Source: Octopus bimaculoides
Taxonomy: Eukaryota
Assembly: GCF_001194135.2 (NCBI RefSeq)
Contig: NC_068981.1
Location: forward strand, 191,412,305 to 191,476,304
Direction: 5' to 3'
Length of the DNA: 64,000 bases
Under the pieces are notes generated by a model, which saw only the letters and a list, made by a program, of their open reading frames with translations, searched no databases and had not been told where the DNA came from. Both the position numbers and the translations under genes were made by a program. Shown here piece after piece: positions 12,060 through 24,421 of this stretch (positions within the stretch are counted from its first letter, which is position 1; every line of letters begins with the position of its first letter).

Positions 12060-13490
12060 ACATTTTGTATTTGACAGAAAGATGAATGTATAGCTTTGTT
12101 AAGCTATACGCAAATAAACTCATGGAGATGAGAATGTGTTAGTGAAAGATTTATTCCTTTAAGTAAATCAGAGCGACAGTTATTTCTGCCTCTTCGAAGC
12201 CTGCTCAACCGGAAGTCTACTTCACTGCAGACCAGCTGTCTCTCAGTTGAGTGAGGTACCTTTTGACATCTGGGTCTGACTTCGTTTTCAGAGGGAACTC
12301 TCCTGACACTAAGAGGGGCACCACAGACCACTTCTGCAGAGGAAGTGTTGAGATTTTCTTTTGGGGCGGTGGAGATTCCCAGCATCCTCCATGGAAGTTG
12401 ATCAATCCAATTGGGCCTGTTAAGTCTGGTTGTCAGAGATTCATTCAAGTGGCAGTGAAATCTCTCCACTAAATCATTGGCCTGTTGATGGTAAGCTGTT
12501 GTGTAGTTCATTGTGATTCCAAAAAGGTCACATGTGTCATTACATAGCTTTGAGGTGAATTGTGGACAACAATCAGATGAGATGCTGTGTGAGACACCAA
12601 AATGGGTGACCCAGTTTGCGATAAAGGTTCGGCTGACTCCTTGTGTTCCCATACTGCAGAGAAGGATAGCCTCAGGCCAATGAGTGTAGCAGTCTACCAA
12701 GGTCAGTAGGTACAAGCAACCGTGTGAAGGTGGTAGGAAGCTGACAAGGTCAGTGTTGACATGGCTGAAACAGGCCTGTGGTGGTTCATAGTTGTCAAGG
12801 GGTGCTTTGGTATGCTGACGGACCTTGGCTTGTTGACAGGGAATGCAGGTCCTACTCCACTCCCCAATTTGCTTGGCCATACTATGCCAGATAAATTTGC
12901 TTGACAGCAGGCATGGTGTGGTTCTAGTCCCTGTGTGTAACAGTCCATGAATGATGTTGAAAACTTTCCTGCATTGAGCTAATGGGACGATCAGTCATGG
13001 CTTGCCAGTGGATACATCACATAGTAGGGTTGTGCTGTTGGAGCCAAAGTGCACATCCTGCAAGGAAAGTGACATGATGGCAGTGCAGCAGGCCCTGGTT
13101 TCATCATCTGTCTGATGGGCTGCAGCCATAGCCTCATAAACCAGGCCTTCCGTTATTGGGGCTAGGAAGGTGTGAGAGCAGGCTGGAGCACAAGTGAGTG
13201 TGTCGGCGACTGGGTTGCCCGTTCTGGCTATGTGTTGGATGTCCATGATGTACTCAGAAATGGCTGATAGCTTTTGTTGCTGGTGTGCAGATCAAGGCTC
13301 TGAGAGATTATTCATAGCAAAGGTGAGTGGTTTGTGGTCTGTGAACACTGTAAACGTGCAACCTTCAAGAAAATAGCGAAAGTGGTAGACACCTAGATGG
13401 ACAGCCAGTAGTTCCCCGTCAAAAACTGTATTTCTGTTCAGTGGGCTGTAGTTGTTGACTGAAGAGGGTAAGTGGTCACCACTAACTGTT
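12060..13490 (-). mobile_element. Ty3/Gypsy LTR retrotransposon fragment: RNase H, integrase Zn finger and core, possible LTR end
   Basis: FTVFTDHKPL (RNase H), C-x2-CQQAKV, and integrase core HVNTDLV..YLLTLVDCYTHWPEA..SDCCPQFTS..TTAYHQQANDLVERFH. Frameshifted. Confidence 0.9.
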
Positions 13491-13544
13491 GATATGTTGC
13501 TAATGCCAACATCTTGTCCATTAACTCTGAAGGCTTAGAATCAC

Positions 13545-15345
13545 CTAATTCCTCCTCCAGTATCTTGGCTGCCACTTCTCATTCTTAAATACAAAGACCC
13601 TCCCTGGTGAAGAATGTACCCCCCAGCATAGACTAGTTATTAGTGACTTTAGACTTGAAGCCAGAAAGATGCCAAGAAGCAGACCAATCCAGGAAAGAAG
13701 GATTTGGAAGCTAAAGAACCCTTCATATGGTCTGAGATTTAAGGACATCCTCATTGGGAAATTTGATGAGAGGGAGGAGGAACTACAGACTTCAGACATA
13801 GAGGATAACTGGAATTTCATACGGGACAGCTTACTGAGCACCACAGACCAAATCTGCAGCTGGTGTAAAGTCCCTTCCAGACCTAGAGTAACGTGGTGGT
13901 GGAATAATATGGTAGCCAAAGAGCAAAGAAACAGGCCTAGAAGAGTGGGGGTAGCAGGGAACTGTACCAGATAGCCATAAGGGAGGCTGGACGACAGGTA
14001 TACATAGCCAAGGGAGAAGCAGAAAAGAAGTTTACCAATGTTCACCAACGTGAGGACCAAAGAACTGAAGTATTTTGGATTGCAAGACAGTGTGTGGAGA
14101 AAAAATTGTGATGTCAGGAGAGAAATGTGTCCGCATGGATGATGGTGCACTTGCTTTTAATGATTTGGAAAAGAAAGAGGCTTGGAGAAGCCATTATGAA
14201 AGGCTGCTAAATATGGAGAATGAATGGGAGGAGGAGAGCCTGCCAAATGTTGACCCAGTAGAGAGACCAGCTACCCGAATAGATAGCACTCTGGTAGATA
14301 AAGCAATTAAGGATATGAAGTCAGGAAAAGCCCCCAGCCCATCAGGAATCACTGCTGAGATGCTTAAAATATCTGGTGGTGTGGATTATGGCCTAATCAC
14401 CCATATTGTAAACCAGGTAGTTCACAAAGGAGTCATACCCATTGACTGGCATAGCAGCACCATAGTCAACTGCTACAAAGGTAAAGGTGATGCTTTAGAT
14501 AGAAATAACTATAGGGGTATCAAACTGCTGGATCAGGTGATGAAATCACGGAGAGGGTCATAGCCCAACTAATTAGAGAGAGAGAGTCTGCTTAGATGAG
14601 ATGCAGTTCGGTTTTGTGCCAGGTTGAAGCACCATTGATGCTATATTCCTGGTATGACAACTGCAGGAGAAATACCTAGCCAAAGATAAACCCAAGATAA
14701 AAAGATATACTTGGCTTTTGTTGACTTGGAGTAAGTGTTTGACAGGGTCCCCCGATCCCTTATCTGGTGGGTGATGTGGAAACTGGGGATTGACAAGTGG
14801 TTAATAAGAGTTGTACAAGCCCTATACAGGGATGCCATTAATATGATAAGGGTTCGGCAATGAGTATAGTGAAGAATTCCAGGTGGAAGTCAGGGTTCAC
14901 CAAGGGTTAGCCCCCAGTCCTCTCTTATTCATCATAGTCCTCCAGGTAATAATAGAGGAATTCAAGACAGGTTGCCCTGGGAGCTCCTCTATGCTGATGA
15001 CCTTGCTCTCATAGCAGAATTACTACAAGAACTAGAGAAGAAATTTCAGGTGTGGAAGCAAGGTTTAGAATTGAAGGGCCTTAGAGTCAATGTTGCAAAA
15101 ACCAAAGTCCTAGTGAGTAGGAAGGCAAACACATCACAAACCCCTTCAAGTAGATGGCCCTGCTCAATCTGTAGAAAAGGTGTAGGTAGAAACTCCATAA
15201 AATGTACCCAGTATAAGCTATGGAAGCATAAGAGGTGCAGCAATATCAAAGGAAGGTTAACCAGGAAGATAGCTTTTGTGTGCAGCAGATGCACAGGGGC
15301 AATAAACAGCGCAGATGCTCAGAAAACTGATTCCATCTCATGCCA
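13545..15345 (+). mobile_element. RTE/RTEX-like non-LTR retrotransposon ORF2 fragment (end of endonuclease, RT, Cys-rich finger), disrupted
   Basis: GEECTPQHRLV, TWWWN, KAPSPSGITAEMLK, YKGKGDALDRNNYRGIKLL and the RT motif LLYADDL; several frameshifts and stops. Confidence 0.9.
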
Positions 15346-17493
15346 CGGGGAGACTTTTATGTGGTCACTCAAACTGCAAGAAATAGCAGCCAAATCTCTA
15401 TGTTCTGTCTTTTTAGAAATGAAGTTTATTTGGGTTATAGAAATATTATAACTGAAAATAAGATGGAATGGCCATTACCAGATTGTCTTTTAGCATAAGT
15501 TTACTCAGTCTGAGAGCCAGACAACAAACTGTATCAAATATGATTAATTAGAATAAGTTCTGGGGTCAATTTGTTTGACTAAAGGTGATGCTCCAGCATG
15601 GCCAAAGTCAAATGACTGAAACAAATAAAAGAAAGTAGAATTATATATATATACATGTGCTTGTGTGTTTATATGTGTGTATGTATATATATGTGTGTGT
15701 GCCTGTATACATGTGTGTGTATGTATGTATATATATATGTGGATACACACACATATATTCACATGTCTTGAAGCACATGGATATAGACCTGACATTTGGT
15801 GATAAAGGAAAAGAATAGAGAGTAACTCATTGAAAATGTTTCAGTTTTATCCAACCGTTACCAAAATAGGTTAACAGTCTCAGAAAATGTTTCCCATTAG
15901 CAAAACTTGTTTTTTTTTCTTTTTTAATGGTTATGTTTAAATGGCAGTTTGCAGAAAAGAAATCTAGTTGAGAAAATGTCAAATACTAAAACTAACAGTA
16001 GCATTAAATTACTGGTTACTAACTGTAGCATTAAATGTGTGGTTACGCAGCCAACAATAAATAGCAGCTAAATGTCCCACAAATCATATCTTACAGTCTA
16101 GAAGAAAATAGACACATGTATGATAATGTAGTTTTAGTTATATTCTGTGAAAGTATAGTCTTCATATAATGACTATTGTTTGTTAGGATGTTGGACTCAA
16201 AATTGTAAACACAGTTTTTGATTCCTGGACTGATTGCACATTATGCCCTTAGGCAATGTACTTTACATAGTTTTCTTTACTAGTCCAGTCAGTTATATAT
16301 ATAAATCACACCCCTAATTTAGTGTTAAACATTGTTATGAAATTTTTTTCCCTTCATAGNNNNNNNNNNNNNNNNNNNNNNNNNNNNNNNNNNNNNNNNN
16401 NNNNNNNNNNNNNNNNNNNNNNNNNNNNNNNNNNNNNNNNNNNNNNNNNNNNNNNNNNNNNNNNNNNNNNNNNNNNNNNNNNNNNNNNNNNNNNNNNNNN
16501 NNNNNNNNNNNNNNNNNNNNNNNNNNNNNNNNNNNNNNNNNNNNNNNNNNNNNNNNNNNNNNNNNNNNNNNNNNNNNNNNNNNNNNNNNNNNNNNNNNNN
16601 NNNNNNNNNNNNNNNNNNNNNNNNNNNNNNNNNNNNNNNNNNNNNNNNNNNNNNNNNNNNNNNNNNNNNNNNNNNNNNNNNNNNNNNNNNNNNNNNNNNN
16701 NNNNNNNNNNNNNNNNNNNNNNNNNNNNNNNNNNNNNNNNNNNNNNNNNNNNNNNNNNNNNNNNNNNNNNNNNNNNNNNNNNNNNNNNNNNNNNNNNNNN
16801 NNNNNNNNNNNNNNNNNNNNNNNNNNNNNNNNNNNNNNNNNNNNNNNNNNNNNNNNNNNNNNNNNNNNNNNNNNNNNNNNNNNNNNNNNNNNNNNNNNNN
16901 NNNNNNNNNNNNNNNNNNNNNNNNNNNNNNNNNNNNNNNNNNNNNNNNNNNNNNNNNNNNCCCATGGAAGAAACACTAGACTTAAAAATAAGTGCTAGGG
17001 TCAATTTGTTTGACTACAACTCTTCAAGGCAATGCTCCAGCATGGACACAATTCAATGACTGAAACAAATAAGATACCAGCCCAGCACAATAAGGGTTGA
17101 CGATGAGTTACACAGCATCACTTTTATGTGAACCAGCCAAGTACTCATTCTCTTCACTCCGTGTTGCATTGGTGTAGATATAGGTTACTACACACACACA
17201 CAATTTCTCTATAGCTGTATCATTGTAGCAGGCTGTATTGCTGCTCTATAACATATTCCAACTTATGTAGATAAATTTGCTAATATGATAAGACACACAA
17301 AAGAACCTTATGTGCATGTGTGTGTGTGTTTAATTTCTTTTGATATCAGAGTTGTTGAACAAGTATGAAGCATTGGTTGTAAGTTTTCAACAGACCAGTC
17401 ACTGTTCCACTGTATTTAGAATGGAGGACAAAGAACATTGGCTTCTCCCTCATGTTTACATCTTTTGCCTGTATACACCAACAATTTTATATA

Positions 17494-17584
17494 CAGTAAT
17501 ACCTCACTTTATGAGGACCAGCTTTATGAGTTTTTATGAATGTTCTCCAGGAATGAATTAACTCGTATATCGAGGTATTTACTG
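17494..17584. mobile_element. Tigger/pogo-like MITE (91 bp)
   Basis: TA|CAGTAATACCTC ... GAGGTATTTACTG|TA: inverted termini with TA duplication. Confidence 0.75.
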
Positions 17585-17973
17585 TACACATTTATATACA
17601 CACATTTTTTCCCCCCACCAAACCTTCAACATCATGGACATGTATATTTATTTTCTTTCATGCCATAACTGTTCCACATGTTTATTTTCAATATCCACAC
17701 ATTTCATTAATCACTCCCTATCGTAGTTTCATGAATTTATCATCAAATTCTATTTCAATTTCAAGACCTTATTTATTGCTCCTCTTCTGTTTGGTTTATT
17801 TTGGGGTCTTTTTTCCCTTTATTCTTCTTTTTAATGTGATTGTTTCTCTTGACTCTCTCTCTCTCTCTCTTCAATTTAAGTGACAGAGACCTGGATCATG
17901 TGTGTTCTATCTCATGGTTACTAAAAACTACTAGGGTTGTCAACTCTCCATTTATTATAATGCTGTATTTCAG

Positions 17974-18057
17974 ACGTACACAACGAAGACCTCGACAGAT
18001 GCCTCCAGAAGAGGACCAATACCATGAAGCTATTCATGATAAACATTCCCTACCTCA
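17974..18057 (+). CDS. Candidate internal exon (84 nt, two frames open) of an unidentified gene
   Basis: Acceptor GTATTTCAG, donor GTAAGT, locally higher GC. Confidence 0.5.
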
Positions 18058-19691
18058 GTAAGTATGACTAACTCCAGCAGAATGCTATGAGAGTTAAGAC
18101 ACACACATACGCAAGCATTCACTTTTATTTTTATCAACTCCGGCTGTTGTCCTGATACAGATCATAAAAGCAAACCATAAATCTTGTACACAAAATGAAA
18201 TATTAAAGAATATGCAGATATTTAGCTGTAAACTGTTTATTTTTTTCTGTCAAAATCTGGGAAGTAAAATAAACTCCAGTGATGTAGTGTATATTATTGT
18301 TAAAAAATCCATTGCCTAAAACTGTTTATAACAGATTATGGCAGTTAAACACAAAAAATTAGTTACAAGACTAAAAGAAAAAAATAGTTTCCAACTAATA
18401 GATTGAAAATGATACAAGAACAAAACTGTTGTGAGATTGAATATGTCAGTTTGATGCAATGAGATAATAATGTCACCTGATTATGGGTTGTGGTAAGTTT
18501 GGCTGGTTAGCAGCCTGTAGAGACTAAATAGTATCTTCATACAGGACTTAGTGCTAAATTTGCTGGCAAACTACTTCCCAAGTTTCTGTTTGCTTGTAAC
18601 ATTGCCATCTTTTATAAAAAAGAATGTAAAGAATTAGTTCTATTTTTTATGTTAACTTAGAGACTAAATAATTGTCAGAATATTTCGCTTGTTTTGATAA
18701 CAATTGTTATTAGTTACTCTGCGAAAGAGAAACTATACTCCTGNNNNNNNNNNNNNNNNNNNNNNNNNNNNNNNNNNNNNNNNNNNNNNNNNNNNNNNNN
18801 NNNNNNNNNNNNNNNNNNNNNNNNNNNNNNNNNNNNNNNNNNNNNNNNNNNNNNNNNNNNNNNNNNNNNNNNNNNNNNNNNNNNNNNNNNNNNNNNNNNN
18901 NNNNNNNNNNNNNNNNNNNNNNNNNNNNNNNNNNNNNNNNNNNNNNNNNNNNNNNNNNNNNNNNNNNNNNNNNNNNNNNNNNNNNNNNNNNNNNNNNNNN
19001 NNNNNNNNNNNNNNNNNNNNNNNNNNNNNNNNNNNNNNNNNNNNNNNNNNNNNNNNNNNNNNNNNNNNNNNNNNNNNNNNNNNNNNNNNNNNNNNNNNNN
19101 NNNNNNNNNNNNNNNNNNNNNNNNNNNNNNNNNNNNNNNNNNNNNNNNNNNNNNNNNNNNNNNNNNNNNNNNNNNNNNNNNNNNNNNNNNNNNNNNNNNN
19201 NNNNNNNNNNNNNNNNNNNTGGAGTCCTGCTAACATACAAACATGGATAGAAAGTGGAGAGGGAGGTAAATTAAGGGGATGTCATACAGTTGACAAATTC
19301 AGAGGAGCAGATGAGACAAAATAATACAGTATGTCACTAAATGGATATAGTGTGATGATAAAGGCTTGTTTATCAGATGGATGATCATGTTTGTATGCAG
19401 ATTACATATGGCTATGCTATCATAGATGTGCTGTTGTGGTGGTATTTAGCCTGATTAAGCAGACCTATGATAAAAAGCTTTCCAAATATGACTATCCATC
19501 TTGTTTTCAGGATCAGTGTACCTAGGACTACACTACTGATTTTGTTGCCCCATTTTCTTGAATGTGAAATAAAGTGTCTTGCTCAAGGACAAAACACTCT
19601 CCCCAATCCTGGAACCAAACTCACAAACTAATCTTTGTGAGACCAATACATGCTGTGTAATTTCCATTTGTCTCTTTTACTTCTACTACAG

Positions 19692-19738
19692 CGGTCTCTG
19701 CTTGTCTGAACTTGCCAACTGTATGCTACCTACCAGAT
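19692..19738 (+). CDS. Candidate internal exon of the same gene
   Basis: Polypyrimidine tract plus CTACAG acceptor, donor GTAACT; in phase with the flanking candidates. Confidence 0.35.
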
Positions 19739-20077
19739 GTAACTACTTGAAATAGGAAATGTATTTGTAATTAAAAGAGTCAGAAAATGGTTTGATCTGA
19801 AGTAGTTTCTCTGCTGAAAATGTAACTTGTTGATTCTTATAGATGTGTGCTTGCCAGAAAAGGTTATCGGATATTATGAAGATTAGAGAGAATATAGATT
19901 TCAATTTGTATAGTTCATGAGTAGAGAAGGTAGGAGTAACATTGTTTCCTTGATGTGTAATGACTGGGTGAGGCAAGGGGGTTGCTTAGTGCTGTTATGG
20001 AAAACTACTAGAGGTTATTACATATCAACACTGTCTGCGAGTGAGAGGATAAAGAGGAGCTAACAGTGGAATATGTA

Positions 20078-20290
20078 CAAGGGGATGCCAAAAAGTTCTT
20101 GGCTTTAAGGATAGCACAAAAGCCTGGTTGCAGGCCCAACCTTTAGTCCTTTTACAGAATTAGAAAAACTGAGGGTTTGTTGCAATATGAATGTGAATCT
20201 GCGAGGCGAATATGTTGGATAAAATCATAATTAACTGATACTCCTGTATTTTCTGTTACCCAAAGCCAGAAACTATTCAGCACCCACTTG
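20078..20290. mobile_element. Mariner-type MITE
   Basis: TA|CAAGGGGATGCCAAAAAGTTCTTGGCTTT ... AAAGCCAGAAACTATTCAGCACCCACTTG|TA. An opposite-orientation copy lies at 30626-30830. Confidence 0.75.
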
Positions 20291-20913
20291 TAGTTCATCT
20301 TACATCCGTTGTCCATGTTGGATGGTTTGACCAGACCCGTCTGATTTGGCATGGCTGGATGCTCTCCGTAACGCCAACCACTCAGAGTGTAATGGGTGCT
20401 TTTACATGCCAGTTGCCTAACTCCAGTATCTGCCACGACTACGATTGCACTTAGCTTGATGGGTCTTCTACTCAAGCATGGTATATTGCCAAAAGGTCTC
20501 GGTCATTTGTCATTGCCTCCGTGAGGCCCAATGCTTGAAAGGTGCTTTATACATACCACGACTACAATTTCACTTGGCTTGACAGGTCTTCTCAAGGACA
20601 GCATATTGCCAAAGGTCTTGGTCACTAGCCATTGCCTCCATGGTGATTGTTGATGGTCAGAGGAAAGAAAGTTAGATTATCTTAAACTGTTGTACATTGC
20701 AGACACACATACGGCTGTGTGGTTAAATTATTGTCATTAATTATTATTCATTTAACCTCTCCTGATCTATCAGTCACATCTCAGCTCCATCCTGCAGTTT
20801 AGAGATGCAACAATTCCCTCAATATATGTACTGTTCCAAGTATTGCTACCAACTGAAAACTTCCTTTGAAGTTTATTTGCAACTTTCGATGCCAGAATAT
20901 TACTTTGTTTCAG

Positions 20914-20941
20914 ATGGTCCCGAATGCACCAATCACAATAG
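20914..20941 (+). CDS. Candidate internal exon of the same gene
   Basis: Acceptor TACTTTGTTTCAG, donor GTACCG; in phase. Confidence 0.35.
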
Positions 20942-21776
20942 GTACCGCACTCACTTTTGAGGTTTTGGTACTTCTTAACTTTTTCGTTCTGTCTTCACAA
21001 TAAAAAGTCACTCAAAACAGCCGAGCCCAAATTTCTCATGCCTGTTCATGTAATTTACTAGGAAAAACATTTAGTTGAAACTTACTTATTCCAACAGTAT
21101 GCAAATATCCCAATTTACAAATTCTCACTCCCAGTTGGGCTAAATATACATTTATGTAACGCAGGTGTGAATTGTGATGACCACAAATGTTGATGGTGCC
21201 ACTGAAGGAAAATAAATGTCTTGCTGTTAGAAAGAATTTAAAAATTAACATAGTGTGCAAATAAAAAAAAAGAGTATCTCATACTCAGATAACCAATCTA
21301 TTTAAAGATGAATATATTTTTTCTAACCTTAGAATGACATTTCCAATGTTCAGATTTATTTTGCTAGAATCTTTTTTACAATTTAATCCTTTTGTCATAT
21401 TTCTGCTGAACTACACTTGCATTTTGAAAATAATGAAAAATTTACTAAAATAAGTCATTATTAAGCTGGTGTTTGAAACAAATTAACATGAAATTTTGAC
21501 AAAATGTTTCAGTTTAGATCTTTTCACAAAAGAAAATTTCTATCTATGATAGCAGGTTCATACTGGTTGATATAAAAAGGTTTAACTGTAAATCCTGACA
21601 AGCATTATAGGAATGTCATCAACTCTCTGTATAGTAACTTTTACATACATCACTAATCCACTTCATGTTTATATGCAGAGTTTCATAAATCCCTTTGGGC
21701 CTACTACTTTAAATTCCCTAAACCATACCTCATTCTTTGGCAATTTTTCACCCAACTATCATCATCCAGTTCACTC

Positions 21777-22135
21777 TGGCATGTGCCATCAGTAATTACT
21801 CAAGGTAGGCAGTTGGTAAAACATGCAAAAAAACAAGTGAAACTGAGTTGGAGGCAGAATTACTTCTGCCTTTATAGTGCTTATTATAGAAAACGCTGTT
21901 GTAGGAATGTATGCAAGCATGTGTACGACAGCAGTACTACACTTAGTTTTAATACTGAAATTGAAAGGCAGGGGTGAATTTTACCTACCTAATCTACAAA
22001 AAATGGTATTTTGCACTTTATGCATAATCAGAGTGACCTTCATAATTTTATTGAATTAAGTGCATATTTTGCCATAAAAGGAAAATGTAACTATCGATCT
22101 ATTTTATTCAGGGTAGGCACCCTGCTGGCATGTCG
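21777..22135. mobile_element. Second copy of the 5858-6287 MITE family
   Basis: Long shared blocks, e.g. GGCATGTGCCATCAGTAATTACTCA and CTTCATAATTTTATTGAATTA. Confidence 0.75.
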
Positions 22136-23504
22136 ATGAATTCACTTGTACCCAATCTTTCAGAATGTCCTTCACAAACATTATCCAGCAGAGAAAGCTT
22201 GCCTCCCTTCTCCCTAGCCTTCACTCAAAACAAGTTACTATTTCCTGAGGCTCTCAAACATTTCAAAAGATCTAGTTCATGAATACACTTATACTTGTGT
22301 ATCTATGTACAGTCTCACCATGTGGGGAATGATTACCTACTCTTTCCTTCATACCAGGCAAGCCCAATTCACAGATCATAGCTATGGGAACTAAGTCATC
22401 AGCATACGTGAATTCCCATGGACAACCAGTTAAGTTTGCTTTTCAGTATGCATGTTGAAATCACAAACAATGCTGCACAACTGTATATTTATTTCTTTAT
22501 TCAATGCTGCACAGCTGTATATTATCAAGTTGATGTAGCTGGGTTGACAGTACAATGAGATTTTGCTTTGCAGAAGCTGTTGTAATGATACACAAAATTG
22601 CAAAAGTCGAGGAATGCTTCTGTTTTTGAACAGAAAGAATAACATTTTTAACAAGTGATCATCTAAGTACAGTGTGCGACATGAGAACAACTTTCTCCTC
22701 AGTTTCAAATAACAAACACAGGCAAGTGTAGGTAAAAGTGAGGAAACAATATGAAAAAATCCCTGCTGGTATCAACCCCCATATGTGCTGCATTATTATC
22801 TCCCTATAATAACTTAAGCTCATCTCACTACCAAATTGCAAAAGACAACCCTTCCGGTTTAAGACATGCCAAAATCTTTCATAAAAATTTCATGTTTTCA
22901 TTCTAAATGATTTAAAGGCAAACATTTTACCAAACTTTCCAGCATTTTAAAAATCGTGAAGAATATTTTACCAGTGAAAGTTTTGACCTGAGACAAATTC
23001 CCAAGCAGTTCAATGACTAAAATTGCTCCTCCACAAATGCCACAGCAAGAATAAAGATAATCACAGAATAAGCTCCTTCAATTGCAAAATCATCATCATT
23101 TTATGTCTGCTGTCCATGCTGATATGAGTTGGATGGTTTGACAGGCGAGCTATACCAGGCTCCATTTGTCTGTGTGAGCATGTAGCAAGTGATAGAGAGA
23201 AAAAAATGGAGTGGCTGGGAGGGGTCTGTGGTAGATATGCCAGAGTATGGAAAGTGCAGATAGGCAATGTGAGGGAGTGAAGGGACCTGCAGAGGGTGGT
23301 GATCATGAGTAGCAAGATGGGGAGGGGGAGACATTGGAAAGATGGATTGTAGGTGTTTTGACACAACAGATCATATGTGTGGGAGAAGTGGGCAGTCGTA
23401 AAGGACATGCCTGTATGGATGGATGGCCACAATTTTACCTAGCTCAAATCAGGTATATATAATAAAAAAAAAAAAAAAGGAAGGCAGGCATTAAAAAAAT
23501 TTTT

Positions 23505-23510
23505 TTTATT
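23505..23510 (-). terminator. Probable polyadenylation signal (AATAAA) of eIF1
   Basis: AATAAA on the minus strand about 225 nt after the stop codon. Confidence 0.55.
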
Positions 23511-23734
23511 GCATACAAAAAAAGTAATAAAGCACTAAAAGACAGCCATTCCCATATAATGGGATAAAATTTGCATAGATATCATGGACAGTGATTCAGC
23601 TGAATTCAGTGAAGATCTAATTTAAAAGAAAAAACTTAGGATGGACAAATACATCAACGGCCAATAAATACATTGCTACCTGTTTTGAAGGTCCAAGTAC
23701 ATAGTAGCAATAGGCGCTGGATTAGCAGAGGTAC

Positions 23735-23749
23735 TCAGAAGCCATGTAC
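23735..23749 (-). CDS. EIF1: eIF1 coding exon 4: VHGF-stop
   Basis: TTTCGTTTTAG|GTA CAT GGC TTC TGA is the canonical eIF1 C-terminus. Exons sum to 28+161+132+15=336 nt, i.e. 111 aa plus stop. Confidence 0.96.
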   Translation of the reverse strand, partial: VHGF

Positions 23750-23856
23750 CTAAAACGAAATGAAACATTACAAGATAATTACAGGAAAGAATTTAAATGA
23801 CATACATACATACATACAAATGGTCTTCAATAAAAAATAGAGAAATAACCAGTTAC

Positions 23857-23988
23857 CTTTAACTGCTCATCTTTGGCAATCTTGTGACCCTTCAGAAAAT
23901 CCTTTATGTTGTTTCTCTGATCTCCTTGCAACTGTATAACTTCCCCGTACTCAGGATGGTCCACTACAGTACCATTACAGGCGAATTC
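23857..23988 (-). CDS. EIF1: eIF1 coding exon 3: EFACNGTVVDHPEYGEVIQLQGDQRNNIKDFLKGHKIAKDEQLK
   Basis: Contains the FACNGTV...HPEYGEVIQLQGDQR eIF1 motif. Acceptor AACAG and donor GTAACT; 132 nt, phase 0/0. Confidence 0.98.
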
Positions 23989-24107
23989 CTGTTAAAAAAC
24001 ACGACTTCCGTTAACAATACATAAACACTTATTAAAATTAATACAATTGACAAAAGAAATTACATCATAAAGCCCAAGAAAAGACATTTGATGCCAACCA
24101 AACTTAC

Positions 24108-24268
24108 TTTCTTGCAGGTCCTGACTATCTTTTTCAAGTCGAATTGCGTCGAGATTCCTTGCACAGTAGTTAGGGTTTTTCGCCCGTTTCTCTGCTGAAT
24201 CCGAATATGAATTATACTGTCTTGAGCGCCAGAACCACCACCAACATCATCGCTGGCAGTCTTCAGAT
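24108..24268 (-). CDS. EIF1: eIF1 coding exon 2: (D)LKTASDDVGGGSGAQDSIIHIRIQQRNGRKTLTTVQGISTQFDLKKIVRTCKK
   Basis: Hand translation gives the SUI1 signature IHIRIQQRNGRKTLTTVQG. Acceptor TTTCAG and donor GTAAGT; 161 nt. Confidence 0.98.
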
Positions 24269-24421
24269 CTGAAACAATAAAAAATTCTTTAATCAGATTT
24301 CAGTACAGCTACCTGACTGCGAATACACCTGCCAGCCTACTCTAATTAGACACAAATGGCAACAGTTTGCTTTACATTCATTTTAAAATAGAAGTTTTCA
24401 ATTAGAAATAAACCAAGAATA

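Noticed and set aside
12104-15451. Active integrase or reverse transcriptase genes
   Set aside because: All are fragmented by stops, frameshifts and truncation, so they are remnants only.
17490-17502. Splice donor ATACA|GTAATA
   Set aside because: It is the left TIR of the Tigger-like MITE.
17394-21003. Resemblance of the 134-aa frame (or its read-through at 20942-21003) to PGAP2/Frag1 membrane proteins
   Set aside because: Only a few words match (KLFMIN, FEVLVLLN) and the family's conserved residues are missing, so this is not enough to name the gene.
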